IMG/VR virus record: IMGVR_UViG_3300027714_001912
Length of the DNA stretch: 64,000 nt
Origin: an uncultured virus (IMG/VR IMGVR_UViG_3300027714_001912)
Lineage: Duplodnaviria > Heunggongvirae > Uroviricota > Caudoviricetes
Strand: one strand, 5' to 3'
Under the pieces are notes generated by a model. The model had not been told where the DNA came from. It did not search any database and worked only from the letters and a program-made list of their open reading frames with translations. Positions 57,478 to 64,000 of the stretch are shown here, piece by piece (position 1 is the stretch's first letter; each line of letters starts with the position of its first letter). Position numbers and translations under genes: made by a program.

Positions 57478-58902
57478 ATGGCAGAAAACAAGTTACCCTC
57501 GGATACGTTTTGTATACTACCGTGGATACATTTAAGCACAAGACCAGACGGAAGTATGCGTGTGTGTTGTACAGCTAATGCAAGTGCAGTAGGAGCAACA
57601 AATGATAAAGTACATGGCGGTCGAGTTGGAATTGTAAAAACAGATGATGGTAAACCTGCTAACTTAAACAACAGTGATTTGAATAGTGCGTGGAACAATA
57701 GTTACATGCGTGGCGTTAGACAACAAATGATGGCTGGTGAACAACCACCTAGTTGTGTAAAATGTTATAAAGAAGAAGCGGCTGGACACAGGTCTAAAAG
57801 ACAGTGGGAAACAGACTATTGGATTAAAGACGGTATCGACGTTGAAGATTTAATAAGGGAAACTTACGAAGATGGAAGTACTGATTCTAAACTACGCTAT
57901 ATTGATATCCGTATGGGGACGAAATGCCAGTTGGGGTGCGTTATGTGTAGCCCACATGACTCTTCAGGCTGGGTAAAAGATTGGAACAAACTATATCCAC
58001 AAATTACAAATGAATCCTTAAAAGAAACTATGAATTGGGATGCTAAAGGTAAGACCTTTGGTGCAAACTATAACTGGCACAAAAACAACCCAACGTTTTG
58101 GGATCAGTTTTATGCACAGATTCCTTATATCAGACAACTATACTTTGCTGGTGGTGAATCAACAGTTATTGAAGAACATTATTCAATCCTATCTAAAGTT
58201 ATTGAGATGGGTTACGCACATCAAATTGAAGTGCGTTATAACAGTAATGGTATTGAACTACCAGATCGTTTGCTAGAGCTATGGACACACTTTGAAAAGG
58301 TACGTTTCCATTACAGTATTGACAGCATTGGTCCAATGAATGATTATATTCGTTATCCAAGTGAATGGTCACATCAGCTAGCAATGTTTGAACGCCTAGA
58401 TCAAAAGACAAGTAACAACGTAGAAATTACAATTGCGTGTGCAGTTAATGCACTTAACATTCATTACATTCCAGACTTCCTTAAATGGAAACTTCAGGAT
58501 AGCGGACTTAAGAAAACAAATATGTGGCCTTTTGGAGCAGGTGGTATTAACTATCACTTTGTATACTGGCCCGGACATTTGAATGTTAAGATATTGCCAG
58601 ATGAATTCCTAGACAAAACAGAAGCCAAGTATGAAGAATTTATTCAATGGTGGAAAGAGAATTGGGAGCTAGGTGTTCCAAGTTGGCATAAGGGTAAAGT
58701 AGACTATCAGAAATGGGAAGATGCTAGTTATGGTATCAAACGTTTACGTGGTATGATTAGCTTTGCTCGTAGTGAAGATTGGACACGCCGACTACCCGAG
58801 TTTAGAGAGTATATAAACAAGTTAGATGAATTGCGTGGAACAGACTTCCGTGCAACATTCCCAGACATGGCTTACTTGCTTGATGAACCGGATGACACCT
58901 GA
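57478..58902 (+). CDS. Radical SAM enzyme with an N-terminal SPASM/twitch-like domain
   Basis: FCILPW, RVCC, CVKC, CQLGCVMC, FAGGE. Confidence 0.92.
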   Translation: MAENKLPSDTFCILPWIHLSTRPDGSMRVCCTANASAVGATNDKVHGGRVGIVKTDDGKPANLNNSDLNSAWNNSYMRGVRQQMMAGEQPPSCVKCYKEEAAGHRSKRQWETDYWIKDGIDVEDLIRETYEDGSTDSKLRYIDIRMGTKCQLGCVMCSPHDSSGWVKDWNKLYPQITNESLKETMNWDAKGKTFGANYNWHKNNPTFWDQFYAQIPYIRQLYFAGGESTVIEEHYSILSKVIEMGYAHQIEVRYNSNGIELPDRLLELWTHFEKVRFHYSIDSIGPMNDYIRYPSEWSHQLAMFERLDQKTSNNVEITIACAVNALNIHYIPDFLKWKLQDSGLKKTNMWPFGAGGINYHFVYWPGHLNVKILPDEFLDKTEAKYEEFIQWWKENWELGVPSWHKGKVDYQKWEDASYGIKRLRGMISFARSEDWTRRLPEFREYINKLDELRGTDFRATFPDMAYLLDEPDDT

Positions 58903-59098
58903 GGTTCGTAAAGAGGCCCATCGACGTTTTTGGATGATCAAGGGCCACTTAGCCTGTAAGGATTGGGACGATGATGCATTATACAAAATGCACGAAAGTT
59001 ACTTGAAGCGTTTATGGGGTAATGAAGAAGCATACCTTTGGGAAGAAGGTTTTGAAGAAGCATACTTTAAGTTAACAAATGAACAACCATCAAACTAA
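58892..59098 (+). CDS. Small aromatic/acidic hypothetical protein between radical SAM genes
   Basis: MTPEVRKEAHRRFW...SYLKRLWGNEEAYLWEEGFEEAY. Confidence 0.65.
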   Translation: MTPEVRKEAHRRFWMIKGHLACKDWDDDALYKMHESYLKRLWGNEEAYLWEEGFEEAYFKLTNEQPSN

Positions 59099-60290
59099 TA
59101 CAGACACACATTGCACACTGCCTTGGAGTGGTGCGGCAGTTGATGCTGGTGGCAGGGTTGTACCTTGTTGTAGATGGATGGGACCACATGGTGACTTAGA
59201 CAATGCTCCTAAAATAGCTAATGGATTAGAAAACGCAAGGAACAGTAAGTTCTTTGAAACAGTACGACAAAGTATGTTAGATGGAAAACGTATTAATGGA
59301 TGTAAGAAATGTTGGGAAGAAGAAGATTTCTTTGGTCCTGAACATCAACAGCGTTGGTTACGTTTACAGCACAATCATAACATACAGGCACTGTCAGTTA
59401 ATGGAGTAGCAAACATGACTACCACTGCTCCTACAAAGCTACGGTACCTAGAAACAGGTATAAGCAACCTATGTAACTTTGCTTGTGTAATGTGCAACTC
59501 TGCAACCAGCAGTACGATACACAATATAACAGTCAAAGGCAAAATGCCTAAGAGCTTCCATCAAAACAATAGCGTAATAGATTCAGACTTATCAGAGCTA
59601 CAATATTTAAAATTTGTAGGTGGTGAGCCCATGATGGAACGCAAGCATGATGAATTATTAGAAAAGGTTGTTGCATTAAACAATAACCCAACATCACTAG
59701 AATTAGAGTACCATACTAATGCAAGTATATTTCCAAGCGAGCGTGTAACTACTGCATGGAAGAAAGTAAAATCAGTAAGGATTATATTTAGTTTAGACGG
59801 TGTGTATGAGAAATCTAAACTACAGCGTCCAGGTAGATACAAATGGCAAGATGTAGAAGATACAGTACATAAATATGTACAGCTAGCAGACAAAGTTAAT
59901 ATTATATTCTCAAGCAATACAGTGTTGACAGCATTGAATGTTGGGCAAGTAATAGATATACTTGAATGGTTATACTCGAGAATAGGACACAAACAACTTG
60001 GGTGGTTTAATGTACATAAACTGTTTAATGAAAGGTTTAAGTATATAGACCTACGTAATATAAGTCAAGAGAAGAAAACTATTATAAGAAAAGAGTTAAC
60101 AGATTGGGCGGCAACAGGTCACCCAGCACTAGACACTCCGCTGAAATCAGTGTATAATGAGACTATAGAAGCACTAGATACACCACCTAGTGGTACATTG
60201 ACTCTTAGTAGAGAGTTAATATTAGAAAAGCATTTCCAAAATGATATATGGAAGTACTTCAAAGAAGAATTAAAGGACCTAGAAATATAA
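59079..60290 (+). CDS. Radical SAM enzyme with an N-terminal SPASM/twitch-like domain
   Basis: HCTLPW, PCC, CKKC, CNFACVMC, GGEP. Confidence 0.92.
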   Translation: MNNHQTNTDTHCTLPWSGAAVDAGGRVVPCCRWMGPHGDLDNAPKIANGLENARNSKFFETVRQSMLDGKRINGCKKCWEEEDFFGPEHQQRWLRLQHNHNIQALSVNGVANMTTTAPTKLRYLETGISNLCNFACVMCNSATSSTIHNITVKGKMPKSFHQNNSVIDSDLSELQYLKFVGGEPMMERKHDELLEKVVALNNNPTSLELEYHTNASIFPSERVTTAWKKVKSVRIIFSLDGVYEKSKLQRPGRYKWQDVEDTVHKYVQLADKVNIIFSSNTVLTALNVGQVIDILEWLYSRIGHKQLGWFNVHKLFNERFKYIDLRNISQEKKTIIRKELTDWAATGHPALDTPLKSVYNETIEALDTPPSGTLTLSRELILEKHFQNDIWKYFKEELKDLEI

Positions 60291-60826
60291 TGAAATACAT
60301 TTTAGTAGCTCTAAAAGCAGAATTGCCAGAGCATAATTTAGACCCTACATCATACAAAGTATGGTATACTGGTGTTGGTAAAGTAAATGCATCTATATGG
60401 GCAACACTTGCATGCATACAAAAAGACTGTGAAGCAGTTATTAACTACGGAACAGCAGGTGCATTTAATAGTGAACTAGCAGAACAGTTACTACACATTG
60501 GTACAGTAAAGCAACGTGACATGGATACAAGGCCACAAGCAGAACTAGGTGTTACTCCGTTTGAAGACAGTGGATTTGAAGGTGACATTAAACTTAGTAA
60601 TAGTGCATATACATGTAGCACTGGTGATAACTTTGTAACAGAGGTTCCAGAATTAGAAAGTGATTGTGTTGATATGGAAGCATATGCAATTGCTAAAGTA
60701 TGTAAGCACTTCCAAAAGAATTGCATAGTTTACAAATATATTAGTGACCTAGCAGATTCAGATGCTGCGGCAACGTGGGTAGAGAATCAACACAAAGGAG
60801 CAGATGCTTTTATAGCAATGACCTAG
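60290..60826 (+). CDS. MTA/SAH nucleosidase-like protein (PNP/UDP family)
   Basis: TGVGKVNA, INYGTAG, TGDNFV, VDMEAYAIA, YISD. Confidence 0.88.
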   Translation: MKYILVALKAELPEHNLDPTSYKVWYTGVGKVNASIWATLACIQKDCEAVINYGTAGAFNSELAEQLLHIGTVKQRDMDTRPQAELGVTPFEDSGFEGDIKLSNSAYTCSTGDNFVTEVPELESDCVDMEAYAIAKVCKHFQKNCIVYKYISDLADSDAAATWVENQHKGADAFIAMT

Positions 60827-60827
60827 T

Positions 60828-62084
60828 ATGAGTGGATTTTGTTCATTACCTTTTGTACAGTACAGCACATATAACGGAGGCCGTTATAGACTTTGTTGTA
60901 TGGCTAAAGAACCAACTACACTTGTTAACCAAGAAGAGTTGGGTATTAATGGTACATGGAATCACGACTATATTAAAGATGTAAGACGTAGAATGACTGC
61001 CGGTGAGAAGTTATCCGAGTGCAGTGAATGCCATCACTTAGAACGTAATGGAATAATGAGTTCACGTCAATGGGAAAACAAAGTATGGGCAGATGTAATT
61101 GATGGAATCGTAGCAGACGCAAGTGCTAATGATTGGGAAGTTGATCAGCCATTACAGTTTGACTTTAGATTAGGAAACCTATGTAACCTACAGTGTCAGA
61201 TGTGTAACAAAGAAGCATCACACTTGGTAAGCGTAGAACGTGCGGCAATGATTAAACGTGGACTAGGAGCTGACCACCCAGATTGGGAAGGACAGATTGC
61301 AAGCAAGAAAGAAGCACTTCTGCAACCTGGAATTGATTGGGTAGACTTTAAAGCCATGTTACCATATGCTCGTAAGATAAAACTAATAGGTGGCGAACCT
61401 ACAGTAGCAACAGATATGTTTAAGCTACTAGATATTGCAACAGAAAGCGGACACGCAGAACACATTGAATTAAGCTTCTACACAAATATTACAAACATGC
61501 AAGACAAGTGGCTAGCTCAGTTAGCTAAGTTTGAGAAAGTCATTGTTAACTGTTCACTAGAAGGAATGGGCGACATGAATGACTATTTGCGTCCACCTAG
61601 TAAATGGGCTAGTGTGTGGAAGAACTTTGATAAATTAGTACAGTTTGCTGATACTAAACCGGGTAAGCGTATTAAGGTACGGGTTACTACAGTAAACCAA
61701 ATGACTAATGCATTGCACATAGTTCCTTTTTGGAAGTTTATGCATGATTACCAGATGACTAGTAATAGAGGCATTGGAATGAGTACCAATCAGCTAGTGG
61801 AGCCTGCTTACTACAGCATGGCACATGCACCTGAATGGTTGAAAGAACAACAACGTGAACAGATTTTGGAATTTCTTAAGTCCATTGACAACAGCCCTCA
61901 CTTTGAGCAATATGAAGAACCACTCATGGAAGTGGTTAACTTTAGTCTTGATAGTGAGCACAAGTTTGATGCTAACATCATGCAACAATATGTCAAGGTC
62001 ACCGAAAACTACGACAGATTCAGAGGACACATGGTTACCAAAGTGTCTCCCGAATTTGAACGAATTAAAAAAGACTCCGAGTGA
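60828..62084 (+). CDS. Radical SAM enzyme with an N-terminal SPASM/twitch-like domain
   Basis: FCSLPF, RLCC, CSEC, CNLQCQMC, GGEP. Confidence 0.92.
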   Translation: MSGFCSLPFVQYSTYNGGRYRLCCMAKEPTTLVNQEELGINGTWNHDYIKDVRRRMTAGEKLSECSECHHLERNGIMSSRQWENKVWADVIDGIVADASANDWEVDQPLQFDFRLGNLCNLQCQMCNKEASHLVSVERAAMIKRGLGADHPDWEGQIASKKEALLQPGIDWVDFKAMLPYARKIKLIGGEPTVATDMFKLLDIATESGHAEHIELSFYTNITNMQDKWLAQLAKFEKVIVNCSLEGMGDMNDYLRPPSKWASVWKNFDKLVQFADTKPGKRIKVRVTTVNQMTNALHIVPFWKFMHDYQMTSNRGIGMSTNQLVEPAYYSMAHAPEWLKEQQREQILEFLKSIDNSPHFEQYEEPLMEVVNFSLDSEHKFDANIMQQYVKVTENYDRFRGHMVTKVSPEFERIKKDSE

Positions 62085-62120
62085 TTACTCTTGGACATGT
62101 AAATGGAGAGTTAGATTCTA

Positions 62121-63329
62121 ATGAACTTTGGTTTTAAAAGTTATAACAGTTGGGACCCACTAAAGAAAGTATTGTTGGGTAGTACACTACCTGAGGGCTT
62201 CTTTGCAGATTTCCCAGACCCTAAAGTAGCAGATGCTATGACTACAGTTAACGAGGAAACTCGTGAAGACTTAAACAACTTGCAATCAGTATTTGAGAGC
62301 AAGGGCATTGAAGTACATAGGATGCCAGAAGCATGTGTATTAAAGAATAGAAGGTTTAACAGTGTAGCTGAATTTATAGATATGCATGGATATATTCCTA
62401 AACCTTTTAATGCACCAAGAGATGACCAAATCATTTTTGGAGAGCATATGATTACAGGAACATCAAATCCTGTACATAGAATATTCCATGGTACTAGAGA
62501 AGATACATTTAACATATTTGATAAAAAAGCACCCTGGGCAGGCTGTGATGATTTAATTGATATTGCAGATCCCAATCAAGAACTAAACATAATTGAAGCA
62601 GTTGGCAAACCTAACTTTACAATGAGTTGGCCTAGTATTATGAGAGCAGGCAAGGACATTATAATTGATATACATGATTTTAATGGACCTACTAGACAGC
62701 TAGCTGAAAACTGGGTAGACCGTTTTAATGAGAAGTTTGGTTATAAGTTTAGAATTAATACAACTACAATGGGTGGACACACTGACGCAGTAATGGCACT
62801 TGTTAAACCTGGGCTTATAATAAGTCATGTTAATGTAAACAAGTATGAAGAAACATTTCCAGGTTGGGATGTAATTAAAATAGATAGAACACACAACGAT
62901 CATACAGTAGCTTGGAACGAATTCCGTATCTCAGAAAAAGATAAATGGAGAGGTAACAAACTAAATCCAGTAGCAGATTATTGGATTGCAGGACAAGAAC
63001 ACAACGTAGCATTGAATAAATTTATTGACTTATACATGCACCCTAGCGTTGGCAGTTGTTTTGAAACAAACTTTGATGTAAACTGTGTAAGCATAGACGC
63101 TAATACAGTAGTTGCAAGTGGACCTAGTAAAGTGTTAGAAGATAAGCTAGGCAAGCACAACGTAGATGTAATTACGTCTAACATGAGGCACAGATTCTTT
63201 TGGGATGGTGGCTTACATTGTGCTACAGTTGATTTATACCGTGAAGGCGAGATGGAAGATTACTTTCCTGAACGCAGTGCAGGAGTTGATTTTGGTAAAG
63301 TGTGGGGCAATAACGAAACACGCCGGTAA
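62121..63329 (+). CDS. Amidinotransferase (glycine/inosamine-phosphate amidinotransferase family)
   Basis: SYNSWDPLKKVLLG, PRD, GHTD, FDVN, DGGLHCAT.D..REG. Confidence 0.88.
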   Translation: MNFGFKSYNSWDPLKKVLLGSTLPEGFFADFPDPKVADAMTTVNEETREDLNNLQSVFESKGIEVHRMPEACVLKNRRFNSVAEFIDMHGYIPKPFNAPRDDQIIFGEHMITGTSNPVHRIFHGTREDTFNIFDKKAPWAGCDDLIDIADPNQELNIIEAVGKPNFTMSWPSIMRAGKDIIIDIHDFNGPTRQLAENWVDRFNEKFGYKFRINTTTMGGHTDAVMALVKPGLIISHVNVNKYEETFPGWDVIKIDRTHNDHTVAWNEFRISEKDKWRGNKLNPVADYWIAGQEHNVALNKFIDLYMHPSVGSCFETNFDVNCVSIDANTVVASGPSKVLEDKLGKHNVDVITSNMRHRFFWDGGLHCATVDLYREGEMEDYFPERSAGVDFGKVWGNNETRR

Positions 63330-63338
63330 ATTAATTGC

Positions 63339-63345
63339 ATAAATA
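63339..63345 (+). promoter_or_regulatory. T4-late-like box
   Basis: GCATAAATA upstream of 63377. Confidence 0.5.
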
Positions 63346-63376
63346 TAATTATCAACGCATATAATAAAGGAAAACA

Positions 63377-64000
63377 ATGACTCGCATAGCTAAAGATATT
63401 ACAGCAGGCAAGGACTTCATAGTCCATGTATTCGATGCATCTGAAGTTGACGTCAACGACAATTATAGATTATACGAAGCGTTTGAAAGTGGATGGCCTG
63501 TAGTTATTAAGAACTATAAAATAGAAGGACTTGATTACGATTACTATGATAATTTACCAGACTGGAATATTACAGATAACAAATGGGTAATGCCCTGGTA
63601 CAATAGTCATATTAAGGCTCGTGACAGACTACGTAACGAGCGTGACTGGAGTGAAGATGAAATAGATTTGTTCCATAAAAAGCACAAACAATCAAACAAG
63701 GCATGGACTGATAGTTTCGATAATATGTTTCCACAGTATAACACGACTGAGAAAATGCTCAGTCACAGGTACAATACATTAGTAGAGAACAAACTACACT
63801 TAGACGAGCTGGACGAACAGCATACTGGTAATGAACAGCAAATGCGTATGTTTGTACAGCTAGATAAAAAACGTCCTAGAGTATTATCATTTGGTCCTGA
63901 CTTGGAAAAAATGTACAATGATTACAAAGATGAGTTTAACTTGGGTGAGATTGACAAAAGCAATACACACAAATTTATAACTGAGATGCGTGATCGTTGT
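63377..64000 (+). CDS. Partial ORF, Kdo hydroxylase (KdoO)-like Fe(II)/2OG oxygenase; runs off the window
   Basis: 208 open codons; NKLHLD...MRMFVQLD..RPRV. Confidence 0.55.
   Translation, partial: MTRIAKDITAGKDFIVHVFDASEVDVNDNYRLYEAFESGWPVVIKNYKIEGLDYDYYDNLPDWNITDNKWVMPWYNSHIKARDRLRNERDWSEDEIDLFHKKHKQSNKAWTDSFDNMFPQYNTTEKMLSHRYNTLVENKLHLDELDEQHTGNEQQMRMFVQLDKKRPRVLSFGPDLEKMYNDYKDEFNLGEIDKSNTHKFITEMRDRC

Noticed and set aside
62121..63329. Amidinotransferase as archaeosine synthase for dG+
   Set aside because: Its motifs are of the arginine-dependent pentein family, not ArcS, QueF-like or Gat-QueC, and it lies far from the deazaguanine genes
1..64000. Stop-codon reassignment, introns/inteins, integrase or transposase
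   Set aside because: Conserved genes (metK, thyX, tdk, folE, galE) are full-length and uninterrupted in the standard code, and TAA, TAG and TGA all end coupled genes
1..64000. Bacterial chromosome origin for the window (because of metK, sufE, tctA, galE)
   Set aside because: These genes are interspersed with phage-type replication genes, many tiny unknown ORFs and T4-late-like boxes, without bacterial operon context

Overview
This AT-rich, gene-dense and almost entirely plus-strand window is best read as a segment of a large T4-related (jumbo-type) dsDNA phage genome with a Gram-negative, probably aquatic, host. That reading is an inference from the sliding clamp, RNase H-like exonuclease, ThyX, Tdk, near-perfect sigma70 promoters and T4-late-like (T)ATAAATA boxes. 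No rRNA, tRNA, CRISPR array, integrase or transposase was seen. Main contents: (1) a 7-deazaguanine DNA-modification pathway (TGT/DpdA-like, QueD-like, FolE, QueE) interleaved with a GT-B glycosyltransferase, GalE and a phosphoribosyltransferase, directly behind the sliding clamp, with no QueC in the window; (2) seven paralogous radical SAM/SPASM-like enzymes in three architectures, two of them split into two genes, plus SufE, MetK and MTA/SAH nucleosidase that could sustain them; (3) many tailoring enzymes (carbamoyltransferase, APS kinase, sulfotransferase-like proteins, methyltransferases, Fe(II)/2OG oxygenases, amidinotransferase, UDP-glucose dehydrogenase, PMM); (4) a TctC/TctA transporter behind a structured leader; (5) a six-gene exported module containing a Cys-rich repeat protein; (6) a subtilase, HtrA and a MoxR-type AAA/VWA pair; (7) a repeat- and hairpin-rich non-coding region at the left edge and a dispersed family of small paralogues. 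All functional calls come from motifs recognised by eye; no database searches were run.
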